Assembly (NCBI GenBank): GCA_963764625.1
Contig: CAVXTH010000006.1
Location: 320,001-384,000, forward strand
DNA from: Candidatus Krumholzibacteriota bacterium
GTDB taxonomy: Bacteria > Krumholzibacteriota > Krumholzibacteriia > JAJRXK01
Length of the DNA: 64,000 nt
Direction of reading: 5' to 3'
Shown: positions 53,573 to 62,788 of the stretch, piece by piece
Layout: every line of letters starts with the position of its first letter
How positions within the stretch are numbered: the first letter of the stretch is position 1
Notes under the pieces: model-generated
Database searches by the model: none
What the model was told of the DNA's origin: nothing
Seen by the model: only the letters and a program-made list of their open reading frames with translations
Program-made: the position numbers and the translations under genes

Positions 53573-55237
53573 ATGTTTCGTTGGCTATTCGGAGACACGC
53601 CCCAACGCCATTACGAACACGGCATGCGGCTCTACAACGGGGGCGAGTTCGACGCCTCCCTCAGGGCTTTCGATCAAGCTCTCGGCGGCTTGGTCGACGA
53701 TTCACATCCCTACGTGGCCCTGGCTCGTTTCTATCGAGCGGAGGCACAGGCGAAAATCGGGGCTCGCCTGCTGCGTGACGGGCGCGATCGTGACGCTCTG
53801 CGCTACATCGACGCCGCCCTGAGCGAGCAACCCGGTTATCCCGACCTTCACTTCCGCAAGGCGGTGGCGCTCTTCCGCCAGGGCGACATGAAGCCGGCGG
53901 AGGAATCGGCGCAGTGCGCTCTGAAGATCAACGGAGACCTGGCCGAAGCCCGAGTCCTGATCTCGGTGATCCTGCGCGAAAGGGGAGAGGACGAGGCAGC
54001 GGACGCGGAGCTGAGTCGCGCCAAGAGCGCGGGCAAGCGCCGTCCCACCGCTCTCACGCGGTTTCTCGACTCGGGGTCGCGCCGGCCGAGCGCGGAGGAG
54101 CTGTGGGAACACCTCTTTGACGAAGAGAGTCTCAGGCGTCGGATCGATCAGGCCGAGTCTCTCTATTTGACGGGAAATCTAAAGGAGAGCCGGCGCGTGA
54201 TCGAAGAGCTCCTGGGGACCTATCCCGATTTTCCCGACTTGCGGTTCAAATTGGCGCTGATCCTGTTTCGCGAGGGAGAGCTCGCCGAGGCGCTGGTTCA
54301 CCTCGAGAGAGCCCTCACCATCCACTCCGGTTTTGCGGACGCGCTCGTCCTATCGGCCGCGGTCCTACTGCATCAAGGCGAGGTGGAGCGGGCCCGCAAG
54401 CGCTACGAGAGGGCTCGAGAGGGAGCGGCCCTGCCCTCTCCATTTGCCGATTACGGCCTGGCCCTGTGTCTGCACCTCGAGGGAGACGAAGAGGGTTGCG
54501 ACAAGCTCATCCGGCCGCTTCTCAGTCAAGGTGAGGTCCCCGGAGAAGTGCTGGCCCTCTTGGCCTGCACCCGCGCCCTGGAAGATCAGCGAGAACTGGC
54601 GCGAGCGGCTTACGCAGATCTGACGGGCAATCAACCCGCTGCTGAATCGGTGCTCGATGCAGTGGCGTTTCACCTGCGTTCGGGTTCGGCCGAGGCGGTC
54701 GAGAGCTGCCTGGCCCATCTCGGAGAGGATCGGAGCGAGCCGGCCGCGGTTCTGGCGCGAGCCGAGGTGCAGCTCGCGAAGGGGAAATTCGGAGCCGCTG
54801 CGAAGTTGCTCGACGAACAGCAACGGAGCGAAGGTGTCCAGCCGGCGCTGGCAGTGCTCCGTTCCCGCATTTACTCTCAGCTGGGGGAGGAGTCCCTCGC
54901 TCTGCGCAAGCTCGATGAAGTCCTGCGGCACTGGCCCGAGAGCGCTCCTGGGCGGAGGGAGCGCGTTCGAATTCTGGCCCAGAGCGGGCGCGTGACCGAG
55001 GCTCTCGAGGAGCAGGAGCAACTGCGCGCCCTGAAGCAGGGTTCTCTCGAAGACGAGATCTGCCATCTGCAACTTCTGCGACGAAGCGGCGAAGTCGGGC
55101 GCGCGGAAACGAGCGCGAATCGGCTCGCGCAGCTATATCCACTCTCACTCCGAGTGCGGAGCCAGCAGAGGGAGCGCTGGCTGGGCCCGCTCTCGGCGGT
55201 GGAACCCACACCTCTCAGCGAGGCCGTGGAGGCGTAG
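53573..55237 (+). CDS. Tetratricopeptide repeat protein
   Basis: Repeated TPR helices (YPDLHFRKAVAL, FPDLRFKLALIL, FADA); GGAGG RBS. Confidence 0.85.
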   Translation: MFRWLFGDTPQRHYEHGMRLYNGGEFDASLRAFDQALGGLVDDSHPYVALARFYRAEAQAKIGARLLRDGRDRDALRYIDAALSEQPGYPDLHFRKAVALFRQGDMKPAEESAQCALKINGDLAEARVLISVILRERGEDEAADAELSRAKSAGKRRPTALTRFLDSGSRRPSAEELWEHLFDEESLRRRIDQAESLYLTGNLKESRRVIEELLGTYPDFPDLRFKLALILFREGELAEALVHLERALTIHSGFADALVLSAAVLLHQGEVERARKRYERAREGAALPSPFADYGLALCLHLEGDEEGCDKLIRPLLSQGEVPGEVLALLACTRALEDQRELARAAYADLTGNQPAAESVLDAVAFHLRSGSAEAVESCLAHLGEDRSEPAAVLARAEVQLAKGKFGAAAKLLDEQQRSEGVQPALAVLRSRIYSQLGEESLALRKLDEVLRHWPESAPGRRERVRILAQSGRVTEALEEQEQLRALKQGSLEDEICHLQLLRRSGEVGRAETSANRLAQLYPLSLRVRSQQRERWLGPLSAVEPTPLSEAVEA

Positions 55238-55245
55238 ATTTTCTC

Positions 55246-55386
55246 GTGCTCATTCCTTTCTCTTCCCGGACGGCCGAGCATCGCTTGCCCTTCGATCTCC
55301 TTTTGAAATTGGTCCCTGTTTTGGACCTAGCTCCTGACAGCGAGTTCGACTTCAACGCGGCGATCGGCGGGCGCTACTACTTCTGA
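55246..55386 (+). pseudogene. Remnant C-terminus of an outer-membrane beta-barrel (DUF3996-like)
   Basis: Manual translation VLIPF...LPFDLLLKLVPVLDLAPDSEFDFNAAIGGRYYF-stop; alternating beta-strand pattern and terminal YxF; no signal peptide. Confidence 0.6.
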
Positions 55387-55389
55387 GTT

Positions 55390-55423
55390 CGGCCGCGCGT
55401 CTCTTTCGAGTGGCGCGCGGCCG
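55390..55423. terminator. GC-rich stem-loop after the OMP remnant
   Basis: CGGCCGCGCG...CGCGCGGCCG 10-bp perfect stem; no U-tract. Confidence 0.4.
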
Positions 55424-55522
55424 GGGTTCGCGCGTCCTGCCTGCCGGTGGGAGAAACCGCGCGCTAGCGTTATCTTGAATCCCCGTGCGGCCGATTTTCC
55501 CGCCTTACGCTCAAGGGAGCCC

Positions 55523-57253
55523 ATGACGGCCATTCCCGCATTCGTCGCCGAGAAACTGGAGCAGGAGACCTGGATCGTCCCCGCCCCAGCGCGCGCGCGT
55601 TCCAACCGCCCGTCTCTTCTGGTCTGTTTCGCCAATACCTATGAAGTCGGCATGTCCAATCTGGGCTTCCAGTACATTTGGAGTACATGTCTGGATGGCA
55701 TGAAACTCCCGGTAGACCGTCTCTTTCTCGAAGCCGAAACTCCGGGCTCGCCCCTGTCCTTCGAGACGCGCCGTCCCTTGGCCGAGCATCGGCTGAGCCT
55801 GTGGAGCATTTCCTTCGAGGAGGATTATTTCCATTTCGCACGCATGTTGCACGAGGCCGGAGTTCCTCTCAGGGCCAATGCTCGCGGAGAGGACGATCTC
55901 TTCGTGCTGGCCGGCGGCCCCGCCGTCACCGCGAATCCAGAAACTCTCGCGCTGCTCTGCGATGCCATCGTCATCGGTGACGGTGAACCGTTCATGGACG
56001 AGGCCGGGCCGCTGCTCGAGGAATTCGCGGAGGGACGAATCACCCGCCACGAGTTCGCTGATGCGCTGTCGTCGATCCAGGGCGTATATCTCCCGGCGCG
56101 TATGCACAACCCCACCCTCCACGAGCATTCCGTGAAGGACCAAGCTCATCCGGAGCTGATCGTCAAACGCACCGAGACCGCGGAGGTGGTGGACGACCTG
56201 ATCAATTCAAGAGTCATCACTCCCAGCAGCGTCTTCTCTAACGTGATGATGGCGGAGATGACGCGCGGGTGTGGCTGGGGCTGCCGATTCTGTCTCGCTG
56301 GCTACTGGTATCGGCCGGTGCGCTTTTCCAACGCGGACGCCCTCATCGAGCGGCTCGATCGCACGGATTTGAAGGGGGGATCGGTGGGCCTGGTCGGCGC
56401 CTGCCTGGTGGATCACCCCGAGCTGGATCGCGTCACCACGAAACTGGCCGAGAAGGGAATTTCCTACACCACCAGCAGCCTCCGTCTGGAACTTCTCGAT
56501 GCGCAGCGCGTGGACAAGATCGTACAGGGTGGAATGCGCACCATCACGATCGCTCCCGAGGCTGGCACTTCGCGGCTGCGCAGCGTGATCCGCAAGACCA
56601 TGTCGCACGAGGACATCCTGGAGAGCGGCCGCATCCTGGCCGCCAAGGGGGTCAAGAAGCTCAAGCTCTACTTCATGATGGGACTGCCCACCGAGAGCGA
56701 CGAAGACATGGAGGGGATCGTCTCCCTGGCAAAGGATCTCAAGCGGGTCTTCGCCGAAGTGGGCCACCATCCACGGCTCTCTTTGAGCGTCAGTCCGCTC
56801 GTGCCCAAGCCCTGGACCGCGTTCCAGTGGAAGGCGATGATCGGCAAGGACGTGCATGCGCGAAGGGCGAAGATCCTCTTGCGGGCACTCGATCGCGTCT
56901 CCGGTGTAAGAGTGACGGTGGGAACATCCAAGGAGACGTATCGGCAGAGCATTCTGTCCCTGGGGGACCGGAGGGTGTCGGAAGCCCTGATTCGCTGGGC
57001 GGAGGGCTCCTCGCCCACCTGGAATCGTGCCCTGCGGGATGCTGGGGTGGACGTGGATTGGCTGCTCTTCGCCGAAAAGCCGGATGACTATGGCTTCCCT
57101 TGGGATTTTGTGAAGACGGCGGTCACCCGACGTTACCTCCTGAAGGAATATCATCGCAGTTTTCGCGATGGGGGTGAGCTAGGGGAACGGGCGTGGGAGG
57201 CGCGTCAGAGAGAACTCGAGGGGCGCGCAATCCTGGCGCGTACCAGCGCTTGA
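55523..57253 (+). CDS. Radical SAM protein (TIGR03960/YgiQ-related)
   Basis: NTYEVGMSNLG, CxxxCxxC (RGCGWGCRFC), SSLR, IAPEAG, KLYFMMGLP, VPKPWT. Confidence 0.88.
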   Translation: MTAIPAFVAEKLEQETWIVPAPARARSNRPSLLVCFANTYEVGMSNLGFQYIWSTCLDGMKLPVDRLFLEAETPGSPLSFETRRPLAEHRLSLWSISFEEDYFHFARMLHEAGVPLRANARGEDDLFVLAGGPAVTANPETLALLCDAIVIGDGEPFMDEAGPLLEEFAEGRITRHEFADALSSIQGVYLPARMHNPTLHEHSVKDQAHPELIVKRTETAEVVDDLINSRVITPSSVFSNVMMAEMTRGCGWGCRFCLAGYWYRPVRFSNADALIERLDRTDLKGGSVGLVGACLVDHPELDRVTTKLAEKGISYTTSSLRLELLDAQRVDKIVQGGMRTITIAPEAGTSRLRSVIRKTMSHEDILESGRILAAKGVKKLKLYFMMGLPTESDEDMEGIVSLAKDLKRVFAEVGHHPRLSLSVSPLVPKPWTAFQWKAMIGKDVHARRAKILLRALDRVSGVRVTVGTSKETYRQSILSLGDRRVSEALIRWAEGSSPTWNRALRDAGVDVDWLLFAEKPDDYGFPWDFVKTAVTRRYLLKEYHRSFRDGGELGERAWEARQRELEGRAILARTSA

Positions 57254-57333
57254 CGCGAGACGCTGCGTGCGCTCAATTCGGAGTCTCCTCGACTCACTGC
57301 CGGCTGGACCTTCATCGAGGTGAATCAATCACC

Positions 57334-58815
57334 ATGACGGATTCGATTCTTGTCGCGCGATGGGCCTCGACCCTTGCCCTGCTCGTTCTGCTCGCCGGCG
57401 GAACCTGCGGGCATGCCTTTGCCCAGGACATTCCGGCTCCCGATCCCACGCGGCCCTGGCTGGCCAGGGGCGACAGTCTCGTCGCCGCCGGGAAGGGAGA
57501 GCTCGCACGGGACGCCTACCGCGAGGCCCTCAAGAAGCACTCCGACGACGTGGAGCTGTGGCTGCGCGTGGCGGCGGTGGAGACGGCGCTGGGAGACCCC
57601 AGGCGGGGCATGGACGCGGCCCAGAAAGCGCGCAAGCTCGACCCCAAGGGCGCCGATCCCTATCTGATGTTGGCTCAGGCTCAATTCGCCGCGGGAGACG
57701 CGTCGACCGCGCTCAAGACCCTCGAGGCCGGAGTGAGTACCCACGAGGATGACATCCCCCTGCTGGAGGCGCTCGTCACCGTAAAGATCGCGATGAAGAA
57801 ATGGGCCGAGGCCGGGGGGTTGTTGCGCCAGCTGATTCTGCTCGATGGGTCCAATCCCATGTACTACATGGATCTCGGACGGATTCAGCATCGAGTGGGA
57901 GAGATGAACGACGCCTATTCCAATCTGAAGAAAGCGCTCAATCTGGGCGCGTCCCGTTCGGAGGCGCTCGCGCTCTTGGGACACGTCTGTCTGGGGCTCG
58001 GGCGCATGGACGAGGCCAAGAAAGACCTCGAGGAGAGTCTCTCGATCGAGCCCAGCTCCGAGGCATGGTCCGGCCTGGCCGGATATCACTTCCTGCAGGG
58101 AGATGCCGTCGAGGCGGAGAAGGCCTTCCGCGAGTCGCTGCGACTCGATCCCAACGATCCCGACTCGTGGTTCAATCTGGGGAATGCCCTGGTGGTGCAG
58201 GAGAAGATGGCGGAGGCGGAAGAAGCTTACCGCAAGGTCATCAAGCTCGATCCGGGACCGTCATCCGCCGCGGCGAGGCTGAATCTGGGCGTCCTCCTGC
58301 TCACCCGGGAAAAGGTGGACGAAGCGAAGCAGAGCCTGAGCGAGGCCGCCCGTCTCAATCCCCAGTTGCCGGGACCGCACCTGCATCTCGCACGCATCGC
58401 CGGAGCGCGGTTTCATTACGAGGAAGCCAAGAATCACTATCTGGACTATCGCAAGGTCGTTCCCGATGAGAAGGAGAAGAAGCGAATCGATGGCGTCCTC
58501 GCCGATCTCGAAGCCAAGATCAAGGAGAGGAACTCGGCGTTGAGCCTTGGCGAAGTTCACCTCCTGCAGATCATGACGCCGGAGAAAGCTCAGGCGGAAA
58601 AGGCGCGGGCGCGAGTGCAGCAGGGTGAGGATTTCTATTCGGTGGGCGAGTCGCTGAGCAAACTGGCCAAGATCACCGGCATCGACATCGGCTACGTGGA
58701 TCCCGCTTCGCTCAATCAGGGATTTCGGAGCGCCATTGTCGCGCTGAAAGTAGGCGATCTCAGCGAAGTCGTGAAAGGTCCCAACGGTTGGTATCTGTTC
58801 CAACGCGTGGAGTGA
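57334..58815 (+). CDS. Exported TPR protein with C-terminal parvulin (PpiC-like) domain
   Basis: Signal peptide ...HAFA-Q; many TPRs; GEDF...DIGY...LKVGDLSEVV..NGWYLF. Confidence 0.82.
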   Translation: MTDSILVARWASTLALLVLLAGGTCGHAFAQDIPAPDPTRPWLARGDSLVAAGKGELARDAYREALKKHSDDVELWLRVAAVETALGDPRRGMDAAQKARKLDPKGADPYLMLAQAQFAAGDASTALKTLEAGVSTHEDDIPLLEALVTVKIAMKKWAEAGGLLRQLILLDGSNPMYYMDLGRIQHRVGEMNDAYSNLKKALNLGASRSEALALLGHVCLGLGRMDEAKKDLEESLSIEPSSEAWSGLAGYHFLQGDAVEAEKAFRESLRLDPNDPDSWFNLGNALVVQEKMAEAEEAYRKVIKLDPGPSSAAARLNLGVLLLTREKVDEAKQSLSEAARLNPQLPGPHLHLARIAGARFHYEEAKNHYLDYRKVVPDEKEKKRIDGVLADLEAKIKERNSALSLGEVHLLQIMTPEKAQAEKARARVQQGEDFYSVGESLSKLAKITGIDIGYVDPASLNQGFRSAIVALKVGDLSEVVKGPNGWYLFQRVE

Positions 58816-58831
58816 ACCGCCGGAGCATTCC

Positions 58832-60916
58832 ATGAGCGACAATCCCACGCCTCGCTTCCGTCTGGACAGCTCCGTGCAGTACCTGAAGGGAGTGGGCCCT
58901 CGACGATCGCAGATACTCAAGCGCCTCGGGATCGAGCGGGGCGAGGATCTGCTCTATCACCTTCCCCACGACTATCTAACACGGTCTTCCCTGAAGTCCC
59001 TCCGCACACTCCGCGATGGGGAAAGCGCGACGGTCTGCGGCCAAGTGATCGACGTGCAGAGCCGCCGCATCCGGGGTGGAAGGACGCTGGTGAGCGTGGT
59101 GCTCATGGAAAGCGGCATGCAGCTTCATCTGAATTGGTTCAACGCGCCGTGGGTCGCCAAGCAGCTGCGGATCGGGGAAGAACTCGTGGTCTCGGGCAGA
59201 GCGGGGTCGTACCGCAAGCAGCTCCAGATGGTCAATCCCGCGTTCGAAGAGGCGAGCCAGGACGGAGAGCTGCTCTCGGGTCGCTTGATGCCGTGTTATC
59301 CGCTCACTGCCGGAATTTCGCAGACGATCATGCGCAAGCTCGTGCGCCGGGCGCTGGACGAATTACGCGTGGAGCTGGTCGACCCGCTGCCTGCGAGCTG
59401 GCGCGAGGAAGAGGATCTCCTGGGGCTGAAGGACGCGATGGAGGCGGTCCACCGCCCCGAGGGTCCAGAGGCCGCGGCGCGGGGACGCAAGCGTCTGGCG
59501 TACGACGAGGCGCTGGCCTTGCAGCTCTCGGTGGGAGTGCGCCGCCGAAAACTGTTGCGGCGCAGTGCCGCGGTGAGACTGGGAGAATTGGGGGAGCGGT
59601 CCGGCCGCTACCTCGAAGACCTCGGTTTCACTCTCACCTCCGCCCAACGGCGCGTTCTGAAGACTCTTCGCCAGGACTTGATGCGAGAGGTCGCGATGCA
59701 TCGCCTGTTGCAGGGCGACGTGGGAAGCGGCAAGACGCTAGTCGCGCTCCTGGCGATGATCTGGATGACGGAGAGCGGAGCGCAGGCGGCCTTCATGGCG
59801 CCGACCGAGATCCTGGCCCAACAGCACGCGGCGCGCAACGTGCCGCTCCTAGAGAGAATTGGGATTCGCGCCGCGATCTTGACGGGAAGCACGCCCGCGG
59901 CGAAGCGCCGCGAGATCCTCGCGGAGCTAAAGTCCGGGAATCTCCAGATCATATTCGGTACGCACGCGCTCATCCAGGAGAGCGTGGAATTCGATCGACT
60001 GGGTTTGATCGTCGTCGACGAGCAACACCGCTTTGGGGTTCTCCAGCGCGCGGCGCTCTCGGGAGAAGGAGCGCATTTGTTGGTGATGTCGGCCACTCCG
60101 ATCCCACGGAGCTTGGCGCTGACCGTTTTCGCCGACCTCGATCTATCGATCCTGGACGAAAAGCCGCCCGGACGCACACCGGTGGTCACTCGGGTCGTGG
60201 GGGAAGCTGCCCTCGCCAAGGTCTACGAACACCTGCGAGGGCGCGTTGAAAAGGGAGAGCGCGCGTACCTGGTATACCCTCTGGTGGAAGAGACCGAGGG
60301 CAATGACCTGGCCAGCGCGAGCGCGGCCTTCGAGGAGCTGAGCGCGGGACCGCTGCGCGGTCTCCGTCTCGGGCTCTTGCACGGGAGAATGTCGGCGCGC
60401 GAGAAGGAGCACATCCGTGAGGCCTTCAGCGAAGGAAGTTTGGACGTGCTCGTGGCCACTACGGTCGTCGAAGTTGGAGTCGACGTGCCGGAGGCCACCG
60501 TCATGGTCGTCCACCACGCCGAACGATTCGGACTCGCCCAGCTCCATCAACTCCGCGGACGCGTGGGAAGAGGGGCCAGGAAATCCTGGTGCGTGCTGGT
60601 TGCCAGTCGCGAGATCGGTGAGGCGGGAAGCCGGCGTTTGAAACTCCTCGCCAGCTGTCACGACGGCTTCCAGTTGGCCGAGGCCGACCTGAAGGAGCGG
60701 GGAATGGGAGACCTTCTCGGCTTGCGCCAGCACGGGCTGGCTCCCTTCCGTGTCCTGAACCCTCTGAGCGACGGGGTCCTGGTGGAAGCCGCGCGAGACC
60801 GGGCCGAACGGGTCCTTCAGGAAGATCCCGAGCTGCGGTTTCCCGCCCATCGCTCGCTGAGCCTCTGGTTGGATCACCTGGGTTCGCGCAATCCGTTCTG
60901 GAGTGCGACGGGCTGA
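58832..60916 (+). CDS. recG: ATP-dependent DNA helicase RecG
   Basis: LKGVGP, LQGDVGSGKT, DEQHRFG, MSATPIPR, QLHQLRGRVGRG. Confidence 0.97.
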   Translation: MSDNPTPRFRLDSSVQYLKGVGPRRSQILKRLGIERGEDLLYHLPHDYLTRSSLKSLRTLRDGESATVCGQVIDVQSRRIRGGRTLVSVVLMESGMQLHLNWFNAPWVAKQLRIGEELVVSGRAGSYRKQLQMVNPAFEEASQDGELLSGRLMPCYPLTAGISQTIMRKLVRRALDELRVELVDPLPASWREEEDLLGLKDAMEAVHRPEGPEAAARGRKRLAYDEALALQLSVGVRRRKLLRRSAAVRLGELGERSGRYLEDLGFTLTSAQRRVLKTLRQDLMREVAMHRLLQGDVGSGKTLVALLAMIWMTESGAQAAFMAPTEILAQQHAARNVPLLERIGIRAAILTGSTPAAKRREILAELKSGNLQIIFGTHALIQESVEFDRLGLIVVDEQHRFGVLQRAALSGEGAHLLVMSATPIPRSLALTVFADLDLSILDEKPPGRTPVVTRVVGEAALAKVYEHLRGRVEKGERAYLVYPLVEETEGNDLASASAAFEELSAGPLRGLRLGLLHGRMSAREKEHIREAFSEGSLDVLVATTVVEVGVDVPEATVMVVHHAERFGLAQLHQLRGRVGRGARKSWCVLVASREIGEAGSRRLKLLASCHDGFQLAEADLKERGMGDLLGLRQHGLAPFRVLNPLSDGVLVEAARDRAERVLQEDPELRFPAHRSLSLWLDHLGSRNPFWSATG

Positions 60917-60928
60917 ATTGCTGCCCGA

Positions 60929-60944
60929 TGGTCCGAACCTTGCT
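60929..60944 (+). promoter_or_regulatory. Sigma54 -24/-12 promoter (zinc-ribbon/RomX-like gene)
   Basis: TGGTCCGAACCTTGCT = GG-N10-GC with TTGCT. Confidence 0.6.
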
Positions 60945-61030
60945 GCTTCAGGCCACCACAAGGAACTAGAAGCCCCCCGAGAGGCCGCGCCGGCCGTCAA
61001 TGGGGGAGTCTTTAGACACGTGGAGAGGCC

Positions 61031-61894
61031 ATGATCGTCCAGTGTGCAGAATGCAAGACTTCCTACCGGCTTCAGGCCGAACTCGTTCCCCCGCGAAGGG
61101 TCCAGACGCGATGCAACCGCTGTGGACACGTCTTTGCCATCGTTGGACCAGAAGCAGGCGGCCAAGGTTTCACGGCGAGTCGCGGACCGAACGCAGCGGC
61201 CTCGATCGCACCGCAGGCACCGACTTCGTCCAACCGCTACGGTGATGTTGATCTCGGCGCGGCGCCAGCGCGAGAAGAGACCCGTGCCGCTCCACCGTTC
61301 GTACCGCCTCTGGCCCCCGCTCCGCAGGCTCCGGCCCGCGCGGCGAATCCCACGCCCCCCCAAGCTGCTCCGGCTCCGGCCGCGGCCCACGACTCCGCTC
61401 CGATTTCCGGCGGGCGGGACATGGATCTCCAGCTCGAGAGGTCCGAAGGCTTTCCGGCGGCGTCTCCACGGAACCGTGATGTGGCGGGCGTGAATTCCCC
61501 GGCTGCTGCGCCCATGGAGCCGGCGCGTCGCTCGGGTGTCGCGCTCGAGACTCCTCCCAATGGCACTCCCTCCTCGTTCCGCGAACTGGATCTGGACGAG
61601 ACCGCTCTCAACGCAGCTCCCAGCGATGAGGCTCCGGCCAACCCCGAGGAGCAACGCAAGCACGACAAGTCGCGTCGTCTCGCCCGGGCCCTGGTGAGCG
61701 ACATCCTGGTCTACAACCGCGCCAAGCGCGATGCCGCGCTCCAGTCCGGCAAGTTGGTGCAGGAGCTGGGTCCGGAGATCAAGAAGTCCTGGGAAGTCTA
61801 CAAGGAGCGCGTGACCCCCGAGGTGGCGAACTCCACCAACCATTTTCGCGAGGCTCTGAATGACATCCTGGCGGATGGTCAGCCGATTTTCTGA
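61031..61894 (+). CDS. MJ0042-type zinc ribbon + Pro/Ala linker + RomX-like helical C-terminal domain
   Basis: CAEC...CNRC; C-terminal RRLARALVSDILVYN...YKERV...NHFREALNDIL. Confidence 0.8.
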   Translation: MIVQCAECKTSYRLQAELVPPRRVQTRCNRCGHVFAIVGPEAGGQGFTASRGPNAAASIAPQAPTSSNRYGDVDLGAAPAREETRAAPPFVPPLAPAPQAPARAANPTPPQAAPAPAAAHDSAPISGGRDMDLQLERSEGFPAASPRNRDVAGVNSPAAAPMEPARRSGVALETPPNGTPSSFRELDLDETALNAAPSDEAPANPEEQRKHDKSRRLARALVSDILVYNRAKRDAALQSGKLVQELGPEIKKSWEVYKERVTPEVANSTNHFREALNDILADGQPIF

Positions 61895-61933
61895 AAGTAC
61901 AATAGTTTAACACTTTCATTTAAAGTGAAAACT

Positions 61934-61968
61934 GAAAAACCCCGGCACCGTAGGCGCCGGGGTTTTTC
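61934..61968. terminator. Bidirectional Rho-independent terminator between convergent genes
   Basis: GAAAAACCCCGGCACC-GTA-GGCGCCGGGGTTTTTC, flanked by A and T tracts. Confidence 0.85.
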
Positions 61969-61989
61969 GTGCTGCCAAGCGAGGCGAGT

Positions 61990-62442
61990 TCAGTCGCTCT
62001 TGTCCCACTTCTTGTCGCTGATCTCCTGGAGGATCCCGTCGATCTGGCCGCGGATCCGCATGTTCTGGTCCGGCTCGAAAAGAGCTTTCTTCACGCGACC
62101 GTACTTGTCCTTCTTCACGAAGCGCAGGGACTGGAGCGAGCTCATGGGGACGAGGATGTCCTTGCAGACCTGGACCTCGACGTCGCGGCCCTCGACCGTT
62201 TGCGGGGGATTGTTATCCGGGTGCATCCCCAGGCCCCACCCGTGCACGACCATGGAGCAGATGAGGGCGCGGAAGGTGTTCTGCCCCTGACTGGTCTCGA
62301 GGTCGATGCTGCCTTGCACCTTCTGGATGACTCCGTCGACCACGTAGCTGAGCTTCCGCGCGACCGAAGGCGAGACCTTCATGTTCAAGAGTCGGCTGAA
62401 CATTTCGGCCAGAATTTTGTCCGTGCTACTCGTTTTCTCCAC
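61990..62442 (-). CDS. Hypothetical protein (150 aa)
   Basis: GC3-rich codon usage, GGAGG upstream of GTG, ends at a terminator; no family recognised. Confidence 0.75.
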   Translation of the reverse strand: MEKTSSTDKILAEMFSRLLNMKVSPSVARKLSYVVDGVIQKVQGSIDLETSQGQNTFRALICSMVVHGWGLGMHPDNNPPQTVEGRDVEVQVCKDILVPMSSLQSLRFVKKDKYGRVKKALFEPDQNMRIRGQIDGILQEISDKKWDKSD

Positions 62443-62532
62443 CGGGAGCCTCCTCGCGGCTTCGCGAGTCGGGAATTGACGGCCGCTCTCTCTCGCGTGA
62501 GGGAGGGAGGGCGAAGGGGTCTCCCGAAGGAA

Positions 62533-62548
62533 TGCAAGGGTGGTGCCC
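62533..62548 (-). promoter_or_regulatory. Sigma54 -24/-12 promoter (minus-strand hypothetical gene)
   Basis: Reverse complement GGGCACCACCCTTGCA matches GGCAC-N5-TTGCA. Confidence 0.65.
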
Positions 62549-62694
62549 GAAGTTCAGGGACCCCGTGGCTGGCTAAAGCTCGGTTCCGATCGGCCGATTG
62601 CGCCCGGCGGGCAAGGGAGAGCCGGCCCCGGGAGGGGTGCATCCTTCCCCGAAAGGGTGGGAGGAGGACCAAGACGGAGCCTGCCTGCCCAGGA

Positions 62695-62710
62695 TGGCAT
62701 GGAGATTGCC
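62695..62710 (+). promoter_or_regulatory. Sigma54 -24/-12 promoter (mglA-like gene)
   Basis: TGGCATGGAGATTGCC matches TGGCA-N6-TTGC. Confidence 0.65.
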
Positions 62711-62788
62711 TTGGATCTCAGTGCGCGAAGTCGATCGCTCTTCGCCGCAAATGTGGCGAGACGCATTCCACGATCCCTGCGAGACACC

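Noticed and set aside
62640-62670. GAAA-tetraloop hairpin as an ncRNA or riboswitch
   Set aside because: Short imperfect stem lying upstream of both predicted sigma54 starts, so probably untranscribed; no known motif
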